DNA from: Podarcis gaigeae
Lineage: Eukaryota
Assembly (NCBI GenBank): GCA_964106915.2
Contig: OZ066921.1
DNA: 64,000 nt
Reading direction: 5' to 3' (one strand)
Part shown: positions 1 through 13,406 of the stretch, piece by piece
Position numbering within the stretch: the stretch's first letter is position 1
Layout of the letters: every line of letters begins with the position of its first letter
Notes under the pieces: model-generated
What the model was told of the DNA's origin: nothing
Databases searched by the model: none
The model's input: the letters and a program-made list of their open reading frames with translations, nothing else
Made by a program: the position numbers and the translations under genes

Positions 1-1493
1 GATAACTCTGAGCGACACTGATTTAATGGCAATTGCACGTGCTCATTTCGAGGCTGGGGCTAGACATATTTTATTATATAGAAGGCATTTCCCACATTTC
101 CGCCGTGCTATTAGATGGCAATTGGTTTTAGGTATGGTTTTAAAGCAGTATAATTCTCTTTGCAGACTTTTATGTAATTTACAGAAACTATACCTAATAG
201 CCATTATTATTGCTTGATAGCATCCAATAAAGCAGCTTTTATGTGTGTGAATATCACAGCTATGCCTCCTACGTACATGAGTGTTTATGGGGGCCATAAA
301 ATGTCCTGGAGTGTTTGGTGAAATGTCTCTGCTACAGCTGGAGCAAATATTGGTGGTTTTGTTTATGCATTTCGATTTCCGTTTGTTTGTGTTGCTTTCC
401 CTAATGAGTCTTTAGATTCCTCCATCCCTTCCTTTTCCCATATGGCTTTGCATCCTGAGAGAAGCATGTGTGCAGCAGTGAATGTCCAGCCAGGCTTCAG
501 GGTGATTGGTGTTTGAACTTCCTCTTTGCTACATGCTGATCATAGAATCATAGTTACTCCTAATGCTCTGTCATTTACACGTGGCTCCAGTTGGTAGATC
601 TTGGGACTCTACTATAAAGCAAAGTGGATCTGATTAGCATGAAGTTTGCCCACCTCTGCTGCTCTCTGTGGGATTGGCGCCAACCACTTGGGTCTAGCAC
701 TATACCTTCCAGATACTGAATTCAGTACTAGTATTTTAGGGTCATTTCATAATAGATGTCCAGTCGTTTCTGAAATAAGATTTCAAATAGTAATCCAATA
801 TATTTGCATTACCAAGCAGCTGCAGAACACATTTATCCTATTAAGTCTACCTGGGGTCAAATACTGTTGATATTGAATCTTTATTTTAAAACTCCTTTTA
901 TAAACTTGGTGGTGGTAATTTAACCCAAATCCATTTCTGCTCTTCCGTAGTCCACTCCTCTTATAGATCTCTGGCCCATTTCCTCATAAATGTTCCAACT
1001 TTATTATCCAATTTTATAATTATGGAATAAATGCTACCAATTAAGCCTCTGTTAATAGGGTTTCATATGCATGCAGTGTCTTTCCTTAAAACTCCATGTT
1101 TTCTTATTAAGCAAACTAAGGCATCTCCTTCTATTTTACTTTTTATTTAATTCTGCAAGAAGATGTCCTTGTATGAATGGTGTTACAGAACTGCCACCGG
1201 GGGGGGGGGGTCCCCCTAAACACAAAAAACAATAAAGGATAGGATTTTAGGTTATGTGTGATATGAAGAAAGAATATAAGCTGCAAAGGAATTCTGGGGC
1301 TGCCTTATGCAAACCAGTCTGGTTGGCTGAGGGAAGAGCAGAGCTGTTAGCATTTCAATAGAGAGCCATTGACAGTCATCAACAACTCCTTGCTCCAGGT
1401 GTGACCAGTGACTGGAAATTTGGAAGTTTGCCAGGGTAACTGCTCTGGGGGAGGACAAGGGGCTTCTGGGAAGAAGAAGAGGGGAGATCCATC

Positions 1494-1760
1494 TGGGGTG
1501 GAGGAAGGGGGTGCGGTGGGGGGTGAACACCCCAGGTGTCTTCGCTGAGGGGGTGACATTTGGCAGTCGTGGGTGGGTGGCACGCCGAATATCTGCCATT
1601 GGCGGCTTGCTCCTTCCCTGGCTGCAGGGCGTGGGCTCCATGCACCCAAGCAGCTCTCCCGTGCCTGGGAGAGCTCCATGCCCGCCCCTCTCAGTAGTGT
1701 GCCCTGCGCTTCTCAGGAGCGCGCCCGTCCTGGGCAGCATGGGCATATGCTCTGCCGCTG
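1494..1760. mobile_element. GC-rich non-autonomous DNA transposon, probably hAT
   Basis: Flanked by direct repeat GATCCATC(T) at 1486 and 1761; degenerate ends (c)TGGGGTGGAG ... CTCTGCCGCTG. Confidence 0.6.
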
Positions 1761-3069
1761 GATCCATCTTGGTGGGGGAGAAGGAATGACTGCCTGCAAT
1801 GCTTTGGGCCATTATTTTACGATCTGAACCCCCTCCATGCAGACCGAGGGTGTAAATAGGCAAATAGACCCTATTTCTTAAAGCATGACAGCCTCTACCA
1901 TGTCTTCTAGTCTCCAATGGGACACAGACCCTGTATTGGTGCCTGAGATCCCATGCACTCTTGCCACGGCTTGGCAGAGAGAGGGACCGGTGCTGGGCTT
2001 TTGTAGCAATATATTCTCACACTGGGACTTTTCTTAAAGCGGTCTGTGTTAATGGGGGATCTCCACAAGTCGTTGCAGGTGTGCAGATCTTCAGGGTACC
2101 AGCCAGCCAGGTGTCTCATGCTCCAGAATAGCCGTTCCATTTTTCTTTTCCAAGTGACATTCAGCATTCTGTGTCTACTGAACATGCTCAGTACACGGGT
2201 GGCTGTGGGTTGGATTTTGCCTCCATCCTCTCTTCTTGTACATCTGTGAACCTTGGGGTTCCGCCAAGGATGCTGACTGATACCTCCCTTGTGTTTCTCT
2301 GTGGCCCCTGATTTGGCTACAAAGCCATTGGCTGTCACCACCTGAGTTCACTTTTAGAAGTTTCATCAACGTTATTTAAGCATCCGTTTGATCCCTTGCA
2401 GCTAAACATAGCCTCTTTGTTTTGAAGGGAGATTAAATTCGCCTGGCATTCACATTTGTCATTAGGCTCCTTCTATTCTAATCTCACTTTCCCCATCATG
2501 CCATAAAATATGTTGCCTTTTTAATGAGGCAATTAACACTTGATTCATAATTTCAATCAAGTGGCATTGGCATAGGAGTCGGTGTCGCATTAAAATGAAT
2601 TAAAAGGTCCCATTGGGGCATTTTTTAGTATCATCAAGTGTACTTGACATGTGTTTGGCTGAGCAAGGCAAAATGGGTCAGTTCGATGCGCATCCCATGA
2701 CATATTTGCTTTCGGTGTGCTGGAGAAGAAAGATGGGGAGGATGGTGCAGAACCAACATTTGGTTAATGGGCCTCAGTCACTTTTTCTTTAAGTAGAAAG
2801 AGAAATGCAATATTTAGAGGAGGTGGATTAGCATTGCAAAGCCTCTTGGAAGCTATTGTTGCATTCTTTTAAAGCCCCAAATGGTTCTTGCCAACCTTGT
2901 AAAGATTAGTACTGAAAACTTTAAAGCAGCACCTAGAGAAGCTGAGAATATGACTTCCTTGTAAGTTGCTTGTGATGTTTCCTTCTTTGCCTGTGGGAAC
3001 ATGGAATAGCTTGGGAAATCCATTGGAGATAATTATGGGACAGAAAACCTGCATGGTACTGGATGATAC

Positions 3070-3355
3070 AGATGCTCATCTAGTCCAACCCACTGTAATG
3101 CAGGAATCGCTACTAAAGAATCCCTGACAGGTGGCTATCCAACCTCTGTTGAAAAATATCCAATTAACGGGTAACTATCAGGCCTTTGGTGTTGTGGCCT
3201 CAACCCTTTGGAATTCCCTCTGGTTGAAAATTAGGCAGTCCTCATTTCTGTTTTCATTTGGGTGCCTACTGAAGACTTTCCTCTTTCAATGGGCCTTTTC
3301 AGTAGAGACCTTTCCTAGTCTGCTCCTTTGAGAGAAGGGGAGGGATATAAATATA
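3070..3355. mobile_element. Decayed CR1 3' tail (minus) followed by an L2 3' fragment (plus)
   Basis: tctagtccaaccc..tgcagg..atccaacctctg is a CR1 tail reverse complement; ggcctttggtgttgtggcctcaaccctttggaattccct..ctgaagactttcctctttc resembles the L2 3' region also seen at 57140. Confidence 0.55.
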
Positions 3356-4551
3356 AGAAATACGGTAACAACTAATAGAGGCAGGTGCTCTCAACACTGG
3401 CTCATGGGTTCAGGTCATGTGCTCATTTCCTGAGTCCTTCAGATTAGCTCAGGAAATCAAATTTATCTCCAGTTATTTTGGGGAAACAAATTAGTTCATT
3501 TCCGGGGTGTTCTGAGAAGACCCCGGGAGAATCCAACCACCTCTGCCTGTGACACAGCTGAATCCAGGAAGAGCCTCATCCTCCTTATTGCAGTCTCCGA
3601 AAACTCAATTTGGGAAGAGGCTGACGATATTCTGCCCAGTAAAGTTGCCATAAATAATGTCAGATCAATAGAGTGGAGGAATATCATAAGGCTTAACTGT
3701 GCGTGCATCCAGCCTTCGTGCCTTTTACAGCTTTTTATTACTACTATTATCCCCCTTTAATAAAAGGTTTGTTTGACTCTTAAGGGACGGCAAATTGTTT
3801 TTGTGGAAAAGCGGATGCTGCGTAAGGCTGTGACTCCCACCCAGCGATGCTTGGCTACATATTGGGGTACTTTCACACTAGCCAGGCAGCTGAAACTTCA
3901 TGATGGTAGTCCAAGAGAGCTGGTGCTTGGGAGGGACAGGCTGGCTGGAGCCTTGTGTGTGTGGAGCTGGAGGATTTTCTGTGACCACCAAGTGCACTTT
4001 AAGCTGTTTGAAGAACCTGTGAGATCAGCGACCAAGACTGCGTCAGTTCCTTCTTGATGGAAGCCAGCACAGAGCTGGCAAAGTCCGCTTGTTGAGGCAG
4101 AGTATTGGGATGTTAGAGTTCCCCTGCACCCTTTACTCTGCTGTATTGGAGTAGATTTCCCATGGATCTGGGCAGAAGTGCTAGAGATTATCTTCTCTGG
4201 GGTTCAATGCACGAAGTAAGCTCCTCTCTCCTTTTGCATCTTGTTTTTGATCAAGGCTCTCCTTCACTGAGGAATGAGAGCGATGTTCAGTAGCCCCCAA
4301 CAGATGCAAGCCCCTTTGGAGATGCCTTGCGGAATCTCTTCTCTGATTCATAAAACACAACTCTCTCCATTGTACCTGTGGCCTTCCCAAAGTGTCCAGT
4401 GTTATCCTTCTTTGTTGCTGTTTCATTTGCCTGGTCTGACTTCCTCTAATGCTTCAGGGTCATGGAAGCACGTCCAGCTCCTTGGAAAGGCAGGTGGGAA
4501 ATCTCCCTTCGTTCCTGAGTGTATTATTCATATCCCACTCTGTGTCTGGAA

Positions 4552-4555
<4 letters not shown>

Positions 4556-4601
<46 letters not shown>
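4556..4601. repeat. (CT)n microsatellite
   Basis: Directly visible. Confidence 0.95.
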
Positions 4602-4602
<1 letters not shown>

Positions 4603-5569
4603 ATCTTCCAACAGTTTTCCCTCTCTACCCTCCCTTCCCAGAATTTAATTCCTTTGGGTCCATCCATCCCCCCTTTTCTCGCCTTAATCTGATTCCAGGG
4701 CAGCCATCTATCCCAGCCTTTTGAAAATCAATAGTGTAAGTGGGATAAAAGAATTCCGAAGCCAGGAGGACTTAGCTGTGACTTACTTAGAGTGGCAGTG
4801 ATGTTAATGCAGAGCCCCACTAACACCGCCGCCCTTCTTTAGCTTTTGATATTTGTTGCATGGCTCAGTCCCCCGCCCCACTGGCTGCATCTTCACCGCT
4901 GGAGAGGTCAGATTTGGCTCTTTATTCGGTATTCAGTTCATTGTCCTCTCCCTGATTTCTGAAGCAGGGCTTAGGCTATCAGATGAGTCTCTGTCATATC
5001 TGACAGTGTTAAATTTCCGTATCTGTGGAGCTCTCACGGATTACGGCTCACACCTTTTCATTTATCCCTTTTTTCAAGGGCACAAAAATAAAATGAAGAT
5101 TGTGCACATCCAAGAGTGAATAGCTGAAGCCAATCTCTTTCCCCCCACCTTCCTGATTATGTTCTGGATTTATGACTTCCTATCTCATAGCAGATATTGC
5201 TATTTAAGTTATTCAAATATTTATTTCCATGTTTTAAGCTAGGGGGCAAAAAAATCCATCTTCGGGATAGTCTTCTGATTTTCAAATGCTATGAATCCCA
5301 GTCAAAATCAGAAATAACCTTTTCATATTCAGAAGTGAATGGGAGGGGGCAGAAATAGACTCTTTGTTTTTTGCTATAGTGAGCAGCAAGGGACATTCTT
5401 TTTATAATAGTTCCTGATGTGGCCAAAGATGTCCCATTGTACCTTCTCAGGGACAATGTGTGTTGAGTTGGGATTTAATTTGTAATCAACGTTCTGGGGA
5501 AAATTAGAGATTTAAATATGGCTGTGGTCTTAAATGGCTAGTCCTTCTATTTTCCCCACTTCCATTTCA

Positions 5570-5817
5570 AAGAAGAAGAAGAGGAGGAGTTTGGATTTGA
5601 TATCCCGCTTTATCACTACCTGAAGGAGTCTCAAAGCGGCTAACATTCTCCCCCCCCCCCCAACAAACACTCTGTGAAGTGAGTGGGGTTGAGAGACTTC
5701 AAGAAGTGTGACTAGCCCAAGGTCACCCAGCAGCTGCATGTGGAGGAGCGGAGACGCGAACCTGGTTCACCAGATTACGAGTCTACCACTCTTAACCACT
5801 ACACCACACTGGCTCTC
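5570..5817 (-). mobile_element. tRNA-derived SINE (Squam3-like), young copy
   Basis: Minus strand starts GAGAGCCAGTGTGGTGTAGTGGTTAAGAG (A box) with B-box-like CAGGTTCGCGTCTCC and ends in a (CTT/CTC)n tail. Confidence 0.82.
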
Positions 5818-6952
5818 TCATGAAATAGGTTCCATGCATGATTTCCATCTAGGAGGCTGAAAGTGGCTTATAGATAAGTTGAAAGTGGCTGATAGCAATG
5901 ATAGGCAAAAATGATCAACACACCAAAACAATGTAAGAACTGATGTGGTGGGAGGTTCAGTCTTCCGAAAAGGCTGGATCTAGTCCTTTATCTTCCTCCC
6001 TTTCTTGCCTTCTGTGTTTCTTGATGCTGACAATGCCAGCTTGGATGTTCCCTGATTGCCCCAAGTTTTAGTTTTGATAACATGTAGCTTAGCTGATCGA
6101 TGACTCTGGGAATCCATGCTACTAAACGGTAGATTCTTTCTTTAGGCTCAAGAAGGATATGCTTATTTCCTGCCACTCAGTGCCCTTAATCTGTTGATGG
6201 CAGAAAGTTTCAGATGCACTTTTCACAATCCCTCCACTTTCTAAGTGCCTTTCCCCTTCTTCTGGGGCTGCCGAAACCTCCCTCACCCTCCAGTTCTCGA
6301 CATTCTCCTCTGAGGCAAAGAAGTGAAAATTTATTTTCAAGGGCGTCACTGGTGGGAGCCTTCTGATATCCCCTTTTGCCTCAAAGATTTCAGGAAAGGT
6401 GCAAGTTGACTTTGTGTCTCCTGCCATTTGCGCAAGAAAGTGAACTTCACAAAACTGGTGGGGGGCAGAAGCAGGATATAGACAATAAGCATCTGGCTTC
6501 CCATTCCTCCACCTGAACTCTGACATTCCGACTATGCAAGAAAGAGAGAGCCAAGCCTTCCATATAAACCAGGTTGAAGAGGAGGCCTTTATACAGAATG
6601 TGAATATTCTATGTTACTGCTTATTGGGAAAACAAAATCCTTTTAAAAAGCAAGAACAACATTGGAGGAAATGAAGAAGAAAATGTTTTATTTATTTACA
6701 TCTTTCTTCCATGGAGCACAAGGCAGTGTAAGTGGCTTCTGCTCCCCCCCCCAATCTCCCAATTTTATCCATGCAAACAACCCTGTGAGTTTGGTTAGGT
6801 CACCCAATGAGCTTTGTGGCTGTTTTCATAGGCCTTTTGAGTATCATTATCTCAGGAATGGGTGGACTTATCTTTTGTAATCTTCAATTACTTTGTGAAA
6901 CGCCTTAGATTCAAACCCCCCCCCCCCATTTTTGGGTTGTAACAACAACTTA

Positions 6953-7056
6953 CCATATTTATGCAAATCTAATGCACCATCAAATCTAATGCACACCCTA
7001 ATTTTTGCAAAGTAATTTGGCCAAAAAAGGTGTGCATTACAGTTGAATAAATATGG
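6953..7056. mobile_element. Short Tc/Mariner (Tc2-like) MITE
   Basis: Terminal inverted repeats CCATATTTAT / ATAAATATGG, TA on the left flank, internal AATGCAC / GTGCATT symmetry. Confidence 0.6.
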
Positions 7057-7789
7057 CATACCCCACCCATCTGACTGGGTTGCTCCATGTTCCCAGGTTA
7101 CTTATAAGCTGCTGGGATCCTACAATGGACCTGCTGCCGCTGGAGCCGCCTTCACCGCCACCTCCATTGCCTTGTTTTTTGTGTGTGATAGCGTACAGAG
7201 TTTTTAAAGAGGGAAGCATATTTGATATTCCATGCTGGAACTATCCTCTCTGTGCTTGCTTAGGATGTTCCAGAGGTTGCCAGCAGCACAAGGCTCTCTG
7301 AACTTCAACCGAGAACATATTGATTTTAGTTTGAAATGGCTGCCTTGCCTCTTAGCCCACCTGGGGGGTGTCGTGGTGGCTTACAAGCCCAACGAACAGA
7401 TAAAACGCCATGCCCAAATGGTTAAAGCCAATCTTGAAAATAAACAAGTGCAGCCAGCAGAACCTAAAGGAATTGCCGCTGCCTTTTTATATCCTCCAAT
7501 ATTGCCTTTTCTTCACCTCGGGGAAATCGGGCTCAGCTAATGCATTAATTGGAAATGGTAAACTTGGACTTGGAGTGCATTGCAACACTAATGATATAAT
7601 AATAATTTTCTATTGCATACTCGACTGACGCTGCGCATCCCACAGAATCGGCATCAAAGCCCTCTAGTAGCCCTTGGGGCTGTATTTGTGTCCTGCCTTC
7701 CAGACATTGAGCTGCAACTAGTCCAGGTTTTCCCATTCACTTTTCCCTCCACTTTTCCTTGGTCAATACATGAAATTGCAACTTACAGT

Positions 7790-7993
7790 AAACATTAGGA
7801 TGAACCTTCTGACGGTAAGAACTGTGAGTCAGTTGGAACAACCTACTTCAGAAGGTGATGGACTCTCCTTCCTTGGAAGGTTTTAGACAGAGGTTGGATG
7901 GCCGTCTGCTGGTGAGTCTTTAGTTGGAGTTCCTGCACCATGTGGGCTTGGACTAGATGACCCTTGGGGTCCCTTCCAACTCGACAGTTCTAT
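7790..7993 (+). mobile_element. Old CR1 LINE 3' end
   Basis: taaacattaggatgaaccttctgacggtaaga..ggactagatgacccttggggtcccttccaactc, homologous to 39577-39770. Confidence 0.85.
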
Positions 7994-8878
7994 ATTTTGT
8001 TTTACTAACAAAAATTAATTTTGCAGCTCTTCTCTTTCTTGGGAAAGACAACCAGCTGTGTAGCCTTCTCGCTGGTGGTGTGTTCTTTTCCACGTCCTTT
8101 CCCTTCAGACAGGTGAAAGCCAAGATGTGCCCCGGATGAGCCTTCGTTGACATTGCGCTCTACCTGCTCAGCAGCTGGGGAATTCAACAGTTTCCACACG
8201 TCGACCTCCTTCTTCCCGCGACCACAGATGCTGCATAATTGAGCTCTGTGGGCACGAATGTCGACAGCTCCCGAGTGGGATGTCTAGAATATTAATTTTG
8301 TCCATTAATAACAAGCTGTCAGATGTTGCAGCCTTAACTTCAAATCTTTCCTGGAAAGTGATAAAAGAAACTGAAGCAAGGTTCCTTTTCTCAATAACTG
8401 ACCCTTTCCCTTCTTCCTGAAAACTTGTGGTCTGTACGGTTTATCTGGTAACCCCATCAACATTTTCCTACCACACTTTGACTCTTTTAACTGTAGCTTT
8501 GAATTATCCATATAAGTCATTCTAGCCTTGCCATTCACCAAGTATAGTGATGTGAACACATATATTCCATGGCAAGGCGATGGCTTCATAAGCCACAAGT
8601 GGATACCACAGCAAAATTTTGCAAGCTGGAATGTCCTCCTTCAGGGTGCCAGCCAGTCAGAAATGACCACCTCCAAAATTCTCCATACTGTGACGACAAG
8701 AACCTGCTGGCTCCCAGAGAGGAGGAGCTTTCAGCTGCTTTGCTTCTCCCTGGTCCTTTTTTGTCCAGGGAACATGCTAAGTTACCTCCTCACTAACCAT
8801 GAGTTAACAGCTGTAGTATGGCTTACCATGCTGTGCAAACCAGGTGCATCCATATGACAGTTGCCTAAAAGGAGTTAC

Positions 8879-8879
<1 letters not shown>

Positions 8880-8921
<42 letters not shown>

Positions 8922-8923
8922 GT

Positions 8924-8962
<39 letters not shown>

Positions 8963-9280
8963 TACAACGCCCATCTGACTGGGTTTCCCCAGCCACTCTG
9001 GGCGGCTTCCAGCAGAATATTGAAATACAATGATTCATCAAATCTTAAAAGCTTCCCTAAACAGGGCTGCCTTCAGATGTCTTTTCAACATCAGATAGTT
9101 GTTTATTTCTTTGACATCCGGTGGGAGGGCGTTCCACAGGGCGGGTGCCACTACCGAGAAGGCCCTCTGCCTGGTTCCCTGTAACTTCTTCTTGCAGTGA
9201 GGGAACCGCCAGAAGGCCCTCGGAGCTGGACCTCAGTGTCCAGGCAGAACCGTGGGGGTGAAGATGCTCCTTCAGGTATT
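8880..9280 (-). mobile_element. L2 LINE 3' end with (AAT)n/(TTTA)n tail
   Basis: Microsatellite tail, then cgcccatctg..ccagccactctgggcggct and gggagggcgttccacagggcgggtgccactaccgagaaggccct, typical of squamate L2 3' ends. Confidence 0.8.
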
Positions 9281-10330
9281 TAGGGGAGTAGGGTGTGACA
9301 TGCTATGGGGAATTCAAATGCCCCCCTCCTTCATGTATGGGTCTTATCCTCTTTCAAAGCTATCCAGGCTGTTGGCCATGACTGACTCCTGTGGGAGCGA
9401 GTCCCATAGTTCAATTCTGCACTGCTTTTATGTGTCCTGAATCTTCCACCAAAGCTGTTAAAGGGGGCAGAAGATTAAATATTCAGTCTGGAGTAGAGAC
9501 TTAGAATGTGACCCTTCAACCACTACCCCCCCCCCGCTAATTTCGGTAGGATATGGTTTATAGAAGAGCTCCAGTGGGGTGGAGGGAATGGCAGTTGGCA
9601 GAGCCGAGCTTGGAGAGCCTGTGCCTGGCGACTGCAGTTTCGTCGTCTTTGTCTTCTGCGTAGCATAAGTCTCTGTGTTAAACTTCTGAGTTTACTAATA
9701 AGCGTAACTAATGAAATTTCAGGTAATTAATTATTTCTCAGGGCAAAGCCCTCCCCTTTTGTGCCTCCAAGCTCTGCATGACAAGAATGAAAATTAGTTC
9801 CACTTTATTCTTTTTTAAAAATAGTTGAATTAAAAAATCCATTTATTTTCATTCTGTTCTCCCTTCCCTGGAATAGACAGACTTCCCTCTCGCTTGTGGG
9901 GACAGCTGTTCCAAGCTACTGAAGTAGCACTTTTTCCTTCAGCTGTGCACACGAGGGCAAACCTTAATTATGCTGCAAGCTGAAGTTCAGGTTTTACTGA
10001 AAATCTCCGTCAAGACTCTGTTGCAGTCAAGTGCAAAAAAGCCCCCCTTTGACCTGTGGATTGGTCCCTGTGGGAGCAATTATTCTTTTCGGTGAGGTTC
10101 TTATTTTTTCCTTCATTCTTTCTTCCCCCTTTTTTAAAACACTGAATATTATAAATGTCAGGAACAAATTTTAGCCCAGTATCTCTAACAGTCTGTTTCC
10201 ATACCTGCTGGCACGAATACCAATTTTAATCCTTGCATGTACAAGTCCTTTGTGATTAAGCTGGTTCTATTTTTATTTTTTTTATTCCTTATATCTGTCT
10301 ATATTTCCATATCTCTCTCTATCTACCTAC

Positions 10331-10940
10331 ACTAGTGGGGAGAGCCCAGCACTATCCAGCAATTTCTAGAAACCAAAAAGATGTCATGATTTTTAAATGG
10401 ATAGTGTAATATTTGTGTCTAGACCCATCACAGCAAAAATCATGGGAAGTCATTCCAAAGTCACATTTTGTTCTGCCATCTTGATTCAAGATGACGCCCG
10501 GCATCCAAACATCACTAGCTGCCTCCATCTCAGGAACCCTTGTGCCGAATGTAGTGAGATCTCAAGAAGTGGCTGAACCTATTCTGAGAAATAGTCAAAA
10601 TCATGCCAAAATCACATTTCTGTGCACCAGTTTGAATAAAAATGGCACCTAGCATGCAAACAGAAGCATAGTCTGCCACCCCACATTGGGGCCCCTCATG
10701 CCAAGTTCAGCAAAGATACCTCAAGAGGCAGATGAACCTATGTCAAAAAAACAGATGATGTCACTCCAAAGTCACATTCTGGTCTGCTCTCTTGATTCAA
10801 AATGGTTCCTGGCATATAAACGTCAATGAAGACTGCCACCTCACCTCAGGAATCCTTGTGCCAATTTTTGGCAGTGATATCTCAAGAGGCATCTGAATGC
10901 ATGAACCAACAAATGGAAAACAATTTAAAATATATGATGT
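10331..10940. repeat. Element with three degenerate 151-160 bp tandem units (Helentron/HINE-like architecture)
   Basis: Units start CCAAA(G/A)TCACATT at 10455, 10606 and 10766; each has TTGA(T/A)(TC/TA)AA(G/A)ATG, TGCC(A/G)A and CTCAAGA(A/G)G motifs; region opens with ACTAG and closes with AAAATATATGAT. Confidence 0.6.
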
Positions 10941-11319
10941 ACACACACACACCCTCTGCCTTGTCCCATTCTCTGCTGAAGAACATGTGAGCAGCCAAAG
11001 GGTTCTGCCTCATCCACTTAGGCAGTCTTGGTTTGAAGAGCTTTGCTTTTCCTCGGGGACATCTGGAACACCTGGTCCTAGAAGGCATTTAAAGGTTGAT
11101 TGGGTCACCAGCAGTGAGTTGACTTCAAAGGAGGAAATGCCAAAGAGGGTAAACTCCTTGGCATTAATGCTATGGCAATGCATATTTCATCCCCTATGCT
11201 TTTTTTAATACCTGTAGTTAATATCTGTTTGAAACCACTAAGTAAGTTCATTTGGAAATTTGGGACAAGGTGCCATCGATATGCAGAGGCGGCCCAGTTC
11301 TTTCTCCTTTTCATTAAAC

Positions 11320-12140
11320 TGAAGTTGAAATGGTGGAAGTGCTAAATTCGTGACCAGACTAGGGCCAACAGCTAAAGCTCAAACCAGAGAAGAGTCAGTG
11401 GTTCATCTGCCTGAGGAAGCACTGTTCATCTTGTGTTTGACAGGGTTGCTCTACCAATAAAGGAACAGGTTTGGGAGTGTTCCTTGATTTATCTTGGTAT
11501 TGTGAGTGCCTTTTACCAGCTTGGGCAGATATGCCAGGTGCAACCCCACCTGGACAGAGGCATCCTGGTCTGGGTTACCCATGCTCTGCTGACCTCCAGG
11601 GTAGGCTACTGTAATTCACACTATATGGGGCTGCCCTTGTAGACTGTTCAGAAACTGCAGTTCATGCAGAATGTGTATGCCCAAATGAGCATTAAGGTGT
11701 TATGTCTTTGCTAAGAGATTCCCAGTCTGAGCTGGTGTTGACATATAAAGCCCTCCACGCCTTAGGACCAGGGTACTTGAAGGCCTTCTTGTCTACGTAC
11801 ACCCCTATATGTATCCTGAAATCGTCAGTGGAGGCCTTTCTTTGTGTGGTGAGGCAAGGGACAGGGCCTTCTCACTGGGATGCCCCAGTTCTGGAAAGCT
11901 CTTCCCAGAACAGTGAGGCAGGGCCTGGCTACAGCTATTGTCCCAGCCAGATACCGTTTTATTTCCCCCAAGCTTGTTAGATATATTTCTAATCCTGCTG
12001 ACTGTTTTATGTTGCTTTTATATTTTTTGTGGCTTTTATCTTACTAAATATTTTCTGTATGTGCATTTAAATTGGTCGATTTATTTGCTTTATGAAGCAC
12101 TCTGGGAATATATTTGAAGGGCAGTATAAAAACGCTTGTA
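11320..12140 (+). mobile_element. Degraded L2 LINE, ORF2 C-terminus and 3' UTR
   Basis: Relic translation HALLTSRVGYCNSHYMGLPL*TVQKLQFMQN and LVLTYKALHALGPGYLK match L2 RT C-terminal motifs. Confidence 0.8.
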
Positions 12141-12319
12141 AATGAATTGGTCTTTAACGCATGCCAGTGGGGTTCTGCAGCCTCTGGGCTGCCCCTGAGC
12201 AAGCATAGTTGTGCTCTCTGCTGCGTAGGGCAGAGCTTTTTGCACGCATGACATGTGGGCAGGGAGGTCGGAGTAGCAATGTAGGCTGATATCCTAGCCA
12301 CAGTGACAGGAAAACAATT

Positions 12320-12937
12320 TAAGAACATAAGAATCGCCTGCTGGATCAGGAAAACAGCCCATCTGGTCCAGCATCTTGTTCTCACAGTGGCCAACCAGAT
12401 GCCTGTGGGAAGACTGAAAGCAGGACCCAAGCCTTCTCCCCTCTCGTGGTTTCCATCCACTGCTGTTCAGAAGCATTGCTGGCTCCAACTATGGAGGTAG
12501 AGCATAGCCATCGTGGCTAGTAGTCATGAATTTGTTCAAATCATCTTTTAAGGCCGTCCAAGTTGGTGGCCATCCCTGCCTTCTGGGAGAGAGAGATCTG
12601 CAGTTCAACTATGCGCTGTGTGAGGTCCTTTCTTTTATCTGTCCTGAATCCTCCAATATTCAGCTTCATTAGTGAGTTGTATTGTTTATGATCGAGGGAG
12701 TATAACACTTCTAGGTCCACTTTCTCCATGCCATGCATAATTTTATAAGCTTCTATCATGTCATCTCTTGCTCGCTGCTTTAAAGCTATAAAGTCCCAAA
12801 CTCTGCAACATTTCCTCACAGGGCAGTTTCTCCATCCTCCTGATTGCTTCAGTTGCCCTTTTCTGACCCTTTTCCAACTCTACCATATTCTTTTGGAGGG
12901 GAGGCGACCAGAACTGTACTCGGTACTCCACATGTGG
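12320..12937 (-). mobile_element. Old CR1 LINE 3' fragment, long-UTR subfamily with (TTCTTATG)n tail
   Basis: Relic translation PHVEYRVQFWSP..ELEKGQKRAT..DMIEAYKIMHGMEKV; tail aagaacataagaa. Confidence 0.85.
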
Positions 12938-13053
12938 TACTTCCAGAGTTAATGCTGAATACATTACCTCTGGTAAATTAGTCACCATAGCCGCTAGATG
13001 GTTGTGAAAATTTGTGCCTTGGGCTTTTTAGACTCTTCTACCCATGTACTGAA

Positions 13054-13406
13054 GGGACGCGGATGGCGCTGTGGGTTAAACCACAGAGCCTAGGACTTGC
13101 CGATCAGAAGGTCAGCGATTCGAATCCCCATGACGGGGTGAGCTCCCGTTGCTCGGTCCCTGTTCCTGCCAACCTAGCAGTTCGAAAACACATCAAAGTG
13201 CAAGTAGATAAATAGGTACCGCTCCGGCGGGAAGGTAAACTGCATTTCCGTGCGCTGCTCTGGTTCGCCAGAAGCGGCTTAGTCATGCTGGCCACATGAC
13301 CCGGAAGCTGTACGCCGGCTCCCTCGGCCAATAAAGTGAGCTGAGCGCCGCAACCCCAGAGTCGACCACGACTGGACCTAATGGTCAGGGGTCCCTTTAC
13401 CTTTAC
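13054..13406 (+). mobile_element. Full-length Sauria SINE (Squam1, Podarcis-type)
   Basis: GGGACGCGG..TGGCGCTGTGGGTTAAACC head, TTCGAATCCC B box, conserved body, (ACCTTT)n tail; TACCCATGTA repeated at 13039 and 13404. Confidence 0.9.

Noticed and set aside
1252-2341. 221-aa and 144-aa minus-strand ORFs
   Set aside because: No recognisable domain; the longer one runs through a GC-rich MITE that is poor in stop codons.
8861-9184. Low-complexity ORFs (poly-Ile here; poly-Asn at 57056; SL repeat at 4274)
   Set aside because: Translations of microsatellites.
10455-10900. CRISPR-like repeat-spacer array
   Set aside because: Vertebrate DNA; whole units are homologous, with no unique spacers and no cas genes.
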